This document shows, piece after piece, positions 1 to 11,676 of a stretch of 64,000 bases of DNA (the stretch's first letter is position 1; each line of letters opens with the position of its first letter). The stretch comes from Squalus acanthias (lineage: Eukaryota). The stretch lies in contig CM059431.1 of NCBI GenBank assembly GCA_030390025.1, positions 117,802,001-117,866,000 on the forward strand, in the 5' to 3' direction. The translations under genes were made by a program, and so were the position numbers. The notes below the pieces were generated by a model that was not told where the DNA came from, made no database searches, and worked only from the letters and a program-made list of their open reading frames with translations.

Positions 1-801
1 CGTCTCCGCCGCATCTGCTCTGATGATGCCACCTTCCATACCAGTGCTTCCGACATGTCTTCCTTTTTCCTCAACCGAGGATTCCCCTCTACCGTGGTCG
101 ACACGGCCCTCGACCGTGTCCGTTCTATCTCCCGCACATCTGCCCTCACCCCTGCCCCTCCCTCCCGGAACCACGATAGGGTTCCCCTTGTCCTCACCTT
201 TCACCCCACCAGCCTCCACATTCAACGGATCATCCTCCGCCATTTCCGCCACCTCCAGCGTGATCCCACCACCAAACACATCTTCCCCTCACCTCCCCTT
301 TCAGCATTCCGCAGGGACCGCTCCCTCCGCGACACCCTAGTCCACTCCTCTACCACCCCCAGCACCCCTTCCCCTTCGCCCGGCACCTTCCCGTGCACGC
401 GCAGGAGATGCAACACATGCCCTTATACCTCCCCTCTTCCCACTGTCCAGGGCCCCAAACACCCCTTCCAGGTGAAACAGCGATTTACTTGTACTTCCTG
501 CAATTTAGTATACTGTATTCGCTGCTCACGATGTGGACTCCTCTACATTGGGGAGACCAAACGCAGATTGGGTGACCGCTTTGCGGAACACCTCCGTTCA
601 GTCCGTAAGGGGGACCCCGAGCTCCCGGTGGCCTGTCACTTTAATTCACCGCTTCACTCCCACTCTGACCTCACCGTCCTCGGCCTAATACACTGTTCCA
701 CGGAAGCTCAGCGTAAACTCGAGGAACAGCACCTCATCTTTCGTTTAGGCACGCTACAGCCCTCTGGACTCAATATCGAGTTCAACAATTTTAGATCATA
801 A
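1..801 (+). CDS. Penelope RT C-terminal region plus GIY-YIG endonuclease (5'-partial, frame open from base 1)
   Basis: RLRRICS...PLVLTFHP, CxxxxCxxC, FTCTSCNLVYCIRCSRCGLLYIGETKRRL..RF.EH, GTLQPSGLN. Confidence 0.9.
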   Translation, partial: RLRRICSDDATFHTSASDMSSFFLNRGFPSTVVDTALDRVRSISRTSALTPAPPSRNHDRVPLVLTFHPTSLHIQRIILRHFRHLQRDPTTKHIFPSPPLSAFRRDRSLRDTLVHSSTTPSTPSPSPGTFPCTRRRCNTCPYTSPLPTVQGPKHPFQVKQRFTCTSCNLVYCIRCSRCGLLYIGETKRRLGDRFAEHLRSVRKGDPELPVACHFNSPLHSHSDLTVLGLIHCSTEAQRKLEEQHLIFRLGTLQPSGLNIEFNNFRS

Positions 802-1078
802 CCTCAGCTCCAATCACATTTATATTTTATTTTATCCACCCTTTTATTTGTCCCCCCCACCCTTTTTTTTCCTCCTAGAAGCTGGCAGCTGTCCTTCATT
901 CTGCCAGTAGATTTCACACTTCATTCAGCCTTAATCTGTCACATTAATACCACCTCTAGCCTTGCATATCTCTTAATGTCTCTTAATGTCTCTTCATCTC
1001 CTCCTTTGTTCCTTTATCCCCTCCCCCTTTTCCCAGCTTTACCCTGGCCTTAAATCTATTTGATTTCCAGCTCTTCCC

Positions 1079-1115
1079 AGTTCTGATGAAAGGTCATCGA
1101 CCTGAAACGTCAACT
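1079..1115 (+). ncRNA. Minimal type I hammerhead ribozyme
   Basis: AGTT-CTGATGA-A-AGGTC atc GACCT-GAAAC-GTC-AACT: intact core, stem II hairpin, palindromic ACGT stem III, AGTT/AACT stem I. Confidence 0.85.
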
Positions 1116-1249
1116 CTCTTTCTCTCTCCACGGATGCTGCCTGGCCTGCTGAGTTTTTCCAGCGTTTTCTGTTGTTATTTCGGATTTCCAGCATCTGCAG
1201 TATTTTGCTATCGCATCGAAGAAGCCAATTTAGGTCAGCAAGGATTGAA

Positions 1250-1490
1250 ATTACCGGATTTACTTCAGTAAGCAGAATTTGGATGAGTCAGAGTTTATAG
1301 AGGGTGAGTTTAGAAGGACTACAGCGAGGGCGTTAGAGAAATCAAGTCTTGAGGTGACAATATAGTAGATAACTGTTTCAGCTTTGGGGGGAGTGAGATA
1401 GGGGCAAAAATGAAAGTAAGTGATCTTGGGGTGACCTGGATGTAGGGTTTGAAATGCAGGTCTTTGTTGAGTGGGAGATCTTAAGGCTGA
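1250..1490 (-). mobile_element. Degenerate L2 LINE fragment
   Basis: Translates to ETVIYYIVTSRLDFSNAL, matching the L2 SRLDY-N-LL motif. Confidence 0.6.
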
Positions 1491-1639
1491 TTCACCAATC
1501 AGGTGCTCCTGTAGTGTAATACTGCTCACAGGATGCACCAGTTAGGTAATCAATGTCAATGTTGAAGTCAAGGACATTTGTGTACTCTACTGTATATTTT
1601 AGTGTATGAATGTTGGCAGCTTTAGTTGTCACAGCACTG

Positions 1640-2095
1640 TCCCTGGTGCTAGTGCTTGCAATCTCACCCACATTAAGTCCTACACAACCAGCACCTTTGA
1701 CCTCTCCAAGCTCCATTGGCTTTATATTCTCCAGCATGTCAATTTCGCCCCCTTTGACTTTATGAAGTCTCTCTATGGCCTTTCCCTATCCTACCTTAGT
1801 GACCCCTGTATGCACCTTCTGCTCTTCTAACATCAGACCTCCCCTTGCTCCTCACTGCCTTTTCTCCACCACCAGAGACTCAACCATCATGCCTCTACCT
1901 TCTGAAATTCTCTATTCAGTTCCCTCCACTTTTTCAGCTCACTTCCTGCTTTCACAAGGCTCTTCAAAATATTCCTCTATGAATGTACCTTTGACCCCTT
2001 CCATCCCGCCCCCTCCCCAATACTCCTTATTGTGAAGTGCTCTTAGATGTCTTCCTGCATATGAGCAGTGCTATATAAATGCAAGTTGTTGTTAT
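1640..2095 (+). mobile_element. Degenerate L2 LINE 3' end
   Basis: LHWL motif; ends in ctatataaatgcaagttgttgtt, an L2-type tail. Confidence 0.55.
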
Positions 2096-2182
2096 TGCAT
2101 GACACATAATGTATTCCTCTTTCTAAAGAATAAATGTGTTGGTTGACAGCCTCATGGAATTATGGTAGCTCTAGGCCTTCCT

Positions 2183-2830
2183 GGGCTATATTTTGCCAGG
2201 TCCCTGTATGTGAGTCAACCACATCTATAACATTGGGCCGGATTTTCCGATTGGAGGCTTCCTGCGGGCGATGCCTCTGATCGGGAAAAATCTACGCTGG
2301 CTCCGTAGGTCCCGAGACTTGCGATCCTGGGCCTCTGCTCTACGAAATGCACAGAGGCCCAGGTATCCCAGGGGCGCAGGCGTTCCTGGGATCACATGGG
2401 CCATGGGGAACCAATCAAAGAAGGGAATACCCTTCACACTTTTGACAGGTCTCCACGCACGGATCTGTCAAAAGTATGAATGGGGATCACTTAAAAAACA
2501 GTTAAACATTAAATATATATATTTTTTAAATCACATATTTAAAGTTAGTTAAAATTACATTAAATTAAATATTTAAAACAAAAATTTAATTTTTTGAAAA
2601 AAATAATTAAAGTTTTTTACGGGGCTAGATGTAAACTTACCTTTTTTAAAGTATTTTAAATTATAAATGAGAGAAAAACATTTTATTTTCTATTTTTTTA
2701 AACTCTTATGCTGGTAAAAAGCAGGCCTTATGCAGGCTTTTACCAGGCGTAAGATTTTTAAAGGTTTTCAGCGGGCGGAAGTTGTGCGGAAAGCGGAACT
2801 CTCCACCCGCGGAGGCCCTTTTCCCGTCCA
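2183..2830. mobile_element. Non-autonomous DNA element fragment (AT-rich core, internal hairpins)
   Basis: Same architecture as 54384-55148 (TTTGACAGG..CTGTCAAA hairpin, AT block, AAACTTACCTT); right TIR not seen. Confidence 0.55.
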
Positions 2831-3506
2831 CCAAAGTGCAGAACACAATGGTCACGTTAAGCTGTTCTAACCTATTATCAGAATCACTCATCTCCTCACT
2901 CTCTGCGGTAAAATGACATAGACATTTGAATTAATCTGGACAAACAATTCGGGTAATTTGACAGCCATGCTTTTTGGGAGTGACTCTTACTAATCACAAC
3001 AAATTAGTCAGAAATCTTGAGGTATAATAATGGCAAAGTGAGAAGCTCTGCCATCACTGTAAAGCATAACAGATAAACGTTGTTTAGGAAAAGAAACGCT
3101 GAACATAAATGTTGCTCAGATTTGACGTAAGTCCAAATGAAACATTAAACAAATGGGTACTTAATTGGATACCGTACATTCTGCCTGTCTTCAGTTATGA
3201 ACATTTACATCACATGCTATTTGCAAAAGAAATTTGACACCTCAGTACATATTCTGCAGGTCTAATTGTGGAATCAACAATTATCAAAGTTAATTTTGTG
3301 AAACATCTGTATTCTTTTATTAGTCCCTGGTTCCACTGCAGTCACGCCACTTTATGTGCAAATTCAGTATGAAAAAGTACTTCGCGATGAGGTTTCTAAT
3401 TATTTTTCTACCAGTTTTCAACTTTCCCGTCAATTCCATTAGGTATCATCATCTCCAGACATGTTTTATGAAGGACTTGATCAAATGCTTTTTTTCAAAA
3501 GTGTAA

Positions 3507-4396
3507 GGGGGAAAAATTCAATTGGTTGTGCCTCCCGTTACCGCCTTAAGAGGGCGCTAATGGGGTGCAAAGCAACTAGTGCCCGGGCGTGGCGATGTTT
3601 GCGCCGCTCGCGAAATTAACCAGACATTTTGCAGCGGTGCTAAACACTACTGCCACGATCTCCTGCGCCGGCAGATCGTGACGTCAGTCGAGTGTGCAAC
3701 GCCCTGGTAGCGCCCCGGAGCGGATATTGAGTGGCGCCCCCTGCCTTACCGCCTGCCGCTAGCAACGACAGGTTGAGGGGAGCATTTTGCAGTCAGGAAG
3801 GGACTGGGGGAGCGCTATTTAAAGGCGACTGCTTCCTGCCTTTTTTTGTTGGTGACATTTTTGAACCACGCCTGCTGAGAGAGAGAGAGAGACTTCTGGA
3901 GAGATTCAACGCTGTGTGAAGGAGTTTTGGTACTGAGCAGCACTTTGCAGGTTCATTTTGATCTGCCCTTCCTTGTATCGATTTAGAAGAGAGTGTGGGG
4001 GTTGCACTCTGAGCTCTTTCCCTAGGGCTCTCCATTGTTCTTTCCAGCAGATTTGATGTACAGGTCTCTCCAGGCTGAGATTCAAGGCTGCAATGAGCAG
4101 GATGTGGATGGAAAGCAAGATCAACCCTCCCCTTTAAGAACTGGCCGGCGCCATTGTGTCTGTGTTCCATTGCTGACTGACATCACATGAGCTTTGCCAG
4201 CGCTCTGAGTTAGCGCCTCGCTCCTCGGCCTTTGCGCCTTAAGACAGATGTGTAGCGCCTGATTTAGCGCTCCAATCACCTCCAGGGGCGATAACAGTCA
4301 ATTTTGCAGTCAGAGGCGATAATTAGCGCCAGGTGCTAATCTTTGCACCCGGCCGATAATTGCGCCCTAAATGGGGCGATACTGAATTTCTCCCCC
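3507..4396. mobile_element. PIF/Harbinger MITE (~890 bp), copy 1
   Basis: TIRs GGGGGAAAAATTCA / TGAATTTCTCCCCC; TAA TSD on both sides. Confidence 0.9.
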
Positions 4397-4796
4397 TAAA
4401 TATCAGGGCTAAGATTATCTGCTCCAGAACAATCCTGGTACATCTTCGGCAAGCCAGGAGTTCCATCTCCCATAAGAATGTTTCCCTGGCCCAAGTCAAA
4501 TTTCCAGGGTTAAATCAATGGAAATTGATTTGACCAGGTGAATAATATTTTTATATTCCTGTACCTCCCTACCAGCTCCATTGTTTATTTGAATCACTTT
4601 TTATAGAAATATTAACTATGCAAATGAAAATCTGTAGCATGCTTTGCAAATTTGTCAATTACTAGTACATGGCTCACTGTCAATTACCAAGTACAGCATT
4701 GTCTGTACAGCATTTTCTGCACTGTTCTCGAGTCCACAAAATTCATTTAGTAGGCCGTAATTAGAAAAAAGACACGCTATATTAAATTAGGGCACT

Positions 4797-5520
4797 ATGA
4801 TTAAAGGTAGCATAAAATTACAAAGAGTTATTAATAGATTAAATGAATGGGCAAAACTGTGGCAAATGGATTTCAATGTAGGCAAATGTGAGGTCATCCA
4901 CTTTGGACCTAAAAAGGATAGAACAGGGTACTTTCTAAATGGTGAAAAGCTAGAAACAGTGGAGGTCCAAAGAGACTTGGGGGTCCATTTACATAGATCA
5001 TTAAAATGTCATGGACAAGTACAGAAAATAATCAAAAAGGCTAATGGAATGCTGGCCTTTATATCTAGAGGACTAACATACCAGGGGGTAGAAGTTATGC
5101 TGCAGCTATACAAAGCCCTGCTTAGACCACACCTGGAGTACTGTGAGCAGTTCTGGGCAGCACAACTTAGGAAGGATATATTGGCCTTGGAGGGAGTTCA
5201 GTGTAGATTTACCAGAATGATACCTGGACTCCAAGGGATAAATTACGAGGAAAGTTTACACAAATTAGGGTTGTATTCCCAATAATTTAGAAGGTTAGGG
5301 GGTGATATTAAAGGGAACTGATAGGGTAGATAGAGAGAAACTATTTCTGCTGGTTGGAGAGTCTAGGACTAGGGGGCATAGTCTAAAAATTAGAGCCAGG
5401 CCTTTCAGGAGTGAAGTTAGGAAACACTTCTACGTGCAAAGGGTGGAAGAAGTTAGGAATTTGCTTCCGTTTTTATTAACCAAAGGCAGTAATGGATATG
5501 GGGCAAAGGCGGGTATATAG
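4797..5520 (+). mobile_element. CR1 LINE 3' fragment
   Basis: WQMDFNVGKCEVIHFG...RPHLEYCEQFW, CR1 ORF2 C-terminus. Confidence 0.9.
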
Positions 5521-5739
5521 TGCTAACCATTTGTCCCATAGGTGTCAATTACAAAGGCACCGCTTATAACGTATTAAGCACAAAGCACGCCGGCTATTTC
5601 ATTCAGTTCAGTACTTAACGACTTTTTAATAGCCGCATTTGTTATGACGACATCCAATCAACATCTCACTTTCCAACAGAAACAGAACCAGAGGCAGAAA
5701 CAGAACCAAGCCATTGTAGTGGAGGTTGACCTGATCTCG

Positions 5740-6395
5740 CGGTACATGTATCAGCTGACTGAAGTTGCCCGAAGTCCCCAGTGCCTCCCGTAGTTGTTAA
5801 CAATGTGAGAGAGAGGATTGGCAGGGTTGGGGATCGCGGGGGGAGGGACGGTGTCGGCCAGGGATCGGGGGGGGGGTGTCAGCCGGGTATCAGGGTGCGA
5901 GGGGGGTGTTGGCTGGGGTTCGGCAGGGGCGGAGAGATGATCGGGGCCAGCCTCATCATCATCGTTGTGGGGGGAGGCCTGGGAAGGCGATCGGAGGCCT
6001 CGTGAGGGGGTCTCCGATCGCGGGGGGGTGGGTATGGTCGGGTCCCTGGATCCAGGAGGTAGGCATAAAGCCATTTACCTCTTGGATGCAGCAGTCCCCG
6101 CCTCGGTTTATTTGCCAGGTTTCCCGAATTGTGTGAAACCCATCCACAGGCAGTTAAACACAAAATGGAGGGGGAAAAAAGAGGCTTCCAGCCTCATTAC
6201 AATATTTAAATAGAGGTAACGCCCCCTGGCAACGGGTTGGCTGCCCGCACCCCCCCCCCCCCCTCCTGTCCCGCCTCCGGCGAAACCGGAAGTGGGCTAG
6301 TTGGAGGTGAGATCAGGTCAGGAATCCCATTTTTAACACTTTAACAGCCCCCACGCTCCAAGCTCACTCATATTTTTAGTGGAAAATTCTGGCCG
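5740..6395. mobile_element. GC-rich Harbinger-type MITE fragment
   Basis: Ends in AAAATTCTGGCC, as 11677-12407 does; left end not defined. Confidence 0.45.
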
Positions 6396-6397
6396 TA

Positions 6398-7017
6398 GAG
6401 AGACGGAAAGGTTTAGGGAGGGAATTCCAGAGCTTAGGGCCTAGGCAGCTGAAAGCACGGGCGCCAATAGTGGAGCGATTAAAATCGGGGATGTGCAAGA
6501 CGCTAGAATTGGAGGAGCGCAGATATCTCAGAGTGTTGTAGGGCTGGAGGAGGTTACAGAGATAGGAAGGGGCGAGGCCATGGAGGGATTTGAAAACAAG
6601 GATGAGAATTTTAAAATTGAGGCGTTACTTAACCGGGAGCCAACGTAGGTCAGCGAGCACAGGGGTGATGGGTAAACGGGACTTGATGCGAGTTAGGATA
6701 CGGACAGCAGAGTTTTGGATGACTTTAAGTTTATGGAGGGTGTTAGATGGGAGGTCAGCCAGGAGTGCATTGGAATAGTCAAGTCTAAAGGTAATAAAGG
6801 CATGGATGAGGGTTTCAGCAGTAGATGAGCTAAGCAGAGGCAGAGTAGGGCAATAGGCGATCTAAGTAATAGCGCGGATATGTAGTTAGAAGCTCATCTC
6901 GGGGTTAAATACAACACCAAGGTTGTGAACAGTCTGGTTCAGCTTCAGACAGTTGCCAGGGAGAGGGATGGAGTCGGTGGTTAGGGAACGGAGTTTGTGG
7001 CAGGGACTGAAGACAAT
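6398..7017 (-). mobile_element. L2 LINE fragment
   Basis: Minus strand encodes LIHAFITFRLDYSNALLADLP. Confidence 0.75.
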
Positions 7018-7039
7018 GGGCTACAAATTAAAATTCAAG

Positions 7040-7932
7040 GGGGGAAAAATTCAGTTGGTTGCGCCTCCCGTTAGCGCCTTAAGAGGGCTCTAATGGGGCG
7101 CAAAGCATCTAGCCCCCAGGCGCGGCGATGTTTGCGCCGCTCGCGAAATTAACTAGACATTTTGCGGCGGCGCAAAACAATACCGCCACGATCTCCTGCG
7201 CCGGCAGATCGTGACGTCAGTCGTGTGCGCAACGCCCCGGTATCGCCCCAGAGCGGATATTGAGTGGCGCCCCCTGCCTTACCGCCTGACGCTAGCAACG
7301 ACAGGTTGAGGGGAGCGTTTTGCAGTCATGAAGGGACTGGGGGAGCGCTATTTAAAGGCGACCACTTCCTGCCTTTTATTGTTGGTGCCATTTTTGAACC
7401 ACACATTCTGAGAGAGAGAGAGAGAGACTTCTGGAGAGATTCAACGCTGTGTGAAGGAGCTTTTGGTACTGAGCAGCACTTTGCAGGTTCATTTTGATTT
7501 GCCATTCCTTGTATCGATTTAGAAGAGATTGTGGGGGCTGCACTCTGAGCTCTTTGCCTGGTACTCTCCATTGTTCTTTCCAGCAGATTTGATGTGCAGG
7601 TCTCTCCAGGCCGAGATTCCAAGCTGCAATGAGCAGGATGTGGATGGAAAGCAAGATCAACCATCCCCTTTAAGAAGTGGTCCGTGCCATTGTGTGTGTG
7701 TTCCATTGCTGACTGACATCACATGAGCTTCGCCAGCACTCTGAGGTAGCGCCTCGCTCCTCGGCCTTTGCGCCTTAAGACAGGTGTGAAGCACCTGATT
7801 TAGCGCTCCAATCACCTCCAGGGGCGATAAAAGTCAAGTTTGCAGTCGGTGGCGATAATTAGTGCCAGGCGCTAATCTTTGCGCCCGGCCGATAATTGCG
7901 CCCCAAATGGAGCGATACTGAATTTCTCCCCC
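7040..7932. mobile_element. PIF/Harbinger MITE, copy 2
   Basis: Colinear with 3507-4396; same TIRs; AAG TSD. Confidence 0.9.
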
Positions 7933-8364
7933 AAGGGCTTTACGGCACCCGTTACCAGCAAAAAATAGTGAAAAGGGGGCGGCTGGTGGTGGGTCCTGCA
8001 GTGTCCTCCATTATCCCTGGCCCAGCAGCGATGCCGCTAAGATCCATTGCCCTGCAAATTAAAATGAGAGCGAGGTGATGCCCGTCGCCGTGCAACGTTG
8101 ACTTAACGTCACCACGGTGAACTTGGACTTTGTGTTGAGATCAGCGCTGGGTTAAAGCTTGCCATGTAAACCTAGCATGCAGCAGACTGACAGAGGGAGA
8201 CACACATCTTTCAGGTAAGTTTGTGTTTAAGCTTAAGGACTGTTTTTTTTTGATTTTACTGAAGCAGTGTCTTGCTGCGATAGATGTTAAAAGTTTTTTA
8301 AGTGTGTAGGGAGTGCTGCTGGATGCTTGCAAGGCCTTGGATGGTAAAGGAAGGCCTCTGGGAA

Positions 8365-8507
8365 GACAGAAAATGCTACAAATACTCAGCAGGTCAGGCA
8401 ACATCCGTGGAGAGAGAAACAGAGTTCACGTCTCAGGTTGAGATGCTGCCTGACCTGCCGAGTATTTCCAGGATTTTATGCTGTCATTTCAGATTTACAG
8501 CATCCGC
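8365..8507. repeat. Two inverted Penelope pseudo-LTR fragments
   Basis: 8365-8438 matches the reverse complement of about 1100-1170; 8442-8507 matches 1134-1200 directly. Confidence 0.65.
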
Positions 8508-8509
8508 TC

Positions 8510-8773
8510 GCAGAGGGAAGAGGAAGATGCAGAAGAGGAAGAAACAGAAGAGGAAGAAGCCGAAGAGGAGGAAACAGAAGAGGAGGAAGCCGAAGAGGAG
8601 GAAGCAGAGGAGGGGGAAGCAGAGAGGAGGAAGCCGAAGAGGATGAAGCCAAAGAGGAGGAAGCAGAAGAGGAGGAAGCAGAAGAGGAGGAAGCAGAAGG
8701 AAGGATGCAACTCAGACAGCCCCTTTCTGGCCGAGTTATCCGGGATGGAATCATCTGCATGAGGTTCCAGTGA
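8510..8773 (+). pseudogene. Harbinger transposase C-terminal acidic tail with expanded 15-bp repeat
   Basis: (GAAGAGGAGGAAGCA)n then ..SGRVIRDGIICMRFQ*, like the tail ..SARSVRDRLIRFCFQ* ending at 43437. Confidence 0.7.
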
Positions 8774-10659
8774 CCACAACCCTCATTCTCCTTTCAACAT
8801 TAGTTCCATACCTTACCTTCCGTCTGTTACTGACCATCACAGTATCCTCTTGGCCACAATGCTGAAATAAAAGCCACCACAAAGCAAACATTCCACTGGC
8901 AACTCTTGAGGTGGCTACAAATTTTCCTCCAAAGTCTTAGGTTTTCCAAATATTTAGTTGGAGGAAATTACTGTTCATCCGGTACTGGCTGTCGGACGAG
9001 AAGTCAGACAACTTAGAGACGTGGAGGGGTCGAGAGAGGTGGTGGTGAGGTAGAGCTGGGTTTCGCCAGCGTACATACGGAACCTGACACTGTGTCACTA
9101 CATAGAATATAAAGCATAGAAACAGGCCATTCGGCTAACCAGTCCATGCCGGCATTTTTGCTCTACTCGAGCCTCTTCCCATCCTTCCACATCTAACTCT
9201 ATCAGCATTACCCTCTATTCCCTTCTCCCACATATGCTTATCTAGTTTCCCCTTAAATGCGTCTATATTATTTGCCTCCACTACTCCCTGTGGAAGCAAG
9301 TTGCACATTTTCACGACTCTCTGGGCAAAGAAGATTCTTCTGAATTCCCTATTTGATTTCTTGGTGACTATCTTATATTGATGGCCTCTAGTTTTGCTCC
9401 TCCCCACAAGGGAAAAACACTCTCTCTGGCCGGAATTTTGCCAGCGCTCAGAGTGCGGGTTCAGAGGCGGGGCCACTGTCAAAATCCAAAGAATTGACAG
9501 CTGGCTGGTAACCCTCTCTAAACCCGCCTCCTTGTCCGTTTCCCAAGTGTCGTTTCTGCCTGTGCTTTGCAGACACGGCACTAAGTAACGGGTCATTCAA
9601 TTGTGCTTGTTAGGAGGGTGTTTAAAGTAATAAAATCCCCATTTTCCCAGTTCCAAAGCATTTTGCCAAGTTTTCCACAAGGTTCCCGTCACTCGGGGAT
9701 CTCGCCAGGTCAGTATGTCGGGTTCTAAACAACTCTACATTTGTTTCAATAGGTGACAGCTGCAAAAGTGGTTTAAAACCTACCATTTTACAGCTGGTCA
9801 CTTTCCAATCTCAGAAACTTCAGCCTTCAGTATTTGGAAGAGATTTTTAAGCTTCATGCACTTTTGAAGTGTTTGGAGTAATCTCTCTATCCACTGTCAT
9901 CTCCTTGGAACAACCTATCTCAACATTGACAGATTACGTCTGTCATCTCAACGTCACCTACCATCTATCCATCTGCATCGGTGCCCTTCAAAAAATCTCA
10001 CCTTGGTCCTCAGAATCCTCACATGATCAGCCCCAACACCAGCAGCACCAGGCACACCAGCAGCACCAACAACAACACCAACCTTCTCCGCAATCAGCTG
10101 ATGCTGCACTGGAAACAGGGCATCATCATCTGTGCAAATTGCTACTCGGACACCAGCGATGGACTCACCATGTCCAGATTAGCTTCATTTAACACTGTAC
10201 ACCCTGGCAGCCACATGATATGCCAGGTTGGCATACCCCACACCAGCACCATAAAGCAGCCCTACAATGTCCAAGCCATTCCTTTCACACTCATCACCAT
10301 TGGGGCGGGGGTGGATGTTATGTCTCACCATTCACTGCAACTCACTAAGACACTTTCAAAGGTGCACACACATCTGTCCAAGAACGCAAAGTGTTGAAAA
10401 TAAAGATTTCAATGTTTGACAGCACATTAACAGAAACTTCACCTGTGCATTGGCTAAAACACCCAAGTGCCCAAGTGTGTTGTTAGTTGGTATGCTTGCG
10501 ATAGGATGAGTGTGAGTGTGAGGGGTGCCTAGTGAGGTGGGGAAGTGATAATGTAGATAGAGAGGGATAGGTGGAGGTGCAAGGTAAGTTAGTGTGAGTA
10601 AGGATGTGCAAGAGTAGGGTAGGGAAGGCAGAGTGATGGGGATGTGATGAGTGGCACAG

Positions 10660-10911
10660 CCTTAACCTGTCACATTAACACCACCTCTTGCCTTGAATAT
10701 CTCTTAATGTCTCTTTATGTCTCTTAATCTCTCCTTTTGTTCTTACATCCCCTCCCCCTTTTCCCAGCTTTATCCTTGCCTTAAATCTATTTGATTTCCT
10801 GCTATTTCCAGTTCTGACGAAAGGTCTTCGACCTGAAACGTTAACTCTGTTTCTCTCTCCACGGATGCTGCCTCGCCTGCTGAGTTTTTCCAGCGTTTTC
10901 TGTTGTTATTT
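10660..10911 (+). mobile_element. Penelope pseudo-LTR fragment
   Basis: Near-identical to about 928-1180. Confidence 0.85.
10810..10846 (+). ncRNA. Minimal type I hammerhead ribozyme, copy 2
   Basis: AGTT-CTGACGA-A-AGGTC ttc GACCT-GAAAC-GTT-AACT. Confidence 0.8.
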
Positions 10912-11676
10912 AGGATGAGGTTGAGTGTGGCTTTGCAGTAACGTTTCATGATCTACTGAGATCATTGAAAGGTTTGCGCCACTGCAGCCTGGTCCTCCTG
11001 ACGACCTCCCTGCTTGTGTCCTCCTATGCAATGTGCAACCAGGCGGCTGCGTTGGTGTCCTGGGGAGGTCTCTACCACCCATTGGAAGGGAAGAGAATCA
11101 CTCTGCGTGCTGTGACTCCCTCCATATGTTCATGGGAGAGCCTGGGTGCAGCCGTGCACCTTTGTGCAGTGCTTGTCAGTGTTTGCAGCACCTCAATGCT
11201 GTAGAACACTGACAGAATAACTGTCAAAATCAATTTGGACATGGCCCCTTTAAGGAAACCGGCTGATGATGCGTCATCAAGTGACCTCATCAGACCCGCT
11301 TCCTAGTAATTGACCGGGAACCTCGCTGGGCGGGCTTAACAAGCCCCACATCGGAATATCTTGTTGGAGGCCAGGATCGACACAGATGCGAGGTCCTCAC
11401 ACGCCACCGACGTCGCCTGCCCCGGACCCGCCGAGGTTGGAAAAATCCAGCCCTCTGTGTTTACTTTATCAAAACCTTTCAGAATTTAAAGACCTCTGTT
11501 AGGTCACCCCTCAGCCGTCTCCTTTCAAGAGAAAATAGACCCATCCTGTTCATCCTTTCCTGATAGGTATAGCCTCGCATTTCTGGTATCATCTTTGTAA
11601 ATCTTTTCTGCACCTTCTCCAGTGCCTCTAGATCCTTTTTATAATATGGCGACCAGAATTCTACACTGTAGCCCAA

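Larger units (their letters stand above)
1..1211 (+). mobile_element. Penelope-like retroelement, 3' part (ORF end plus pseudo-LTR)
   Basis: GIY-YIG ORF followed by a pyrimidine-rich 3' region with a hammerhead motif; the 3' region recurs at 10660-10911. Confidence 0.9.
9428..11453. mobile_element. Harbinger internal-deletion derivative
   Basis: TIRs GGCCGGAATTTT / AAAAATCCAGCCC; TCT TSD; Myb relic RTRLQWRKPFNDLSRS on minus near 10945-11000. Confidence 0.8.

Noticed and set aside
8302..8779. Lys/Arg-rich, Glu-rich and Ser-rich ORFs resembling protamine or acidic proteins
   Set aside because: All are alternative frames of one purine-rich 15-bp repeat in a Harbinger transposase tail
9869..10192. 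Gln/His-rich ORF suggesting a transcription factor exon
   Set aside because: It lies inside a TIR/TSD-bounded Harbinger derivative; low complexity only
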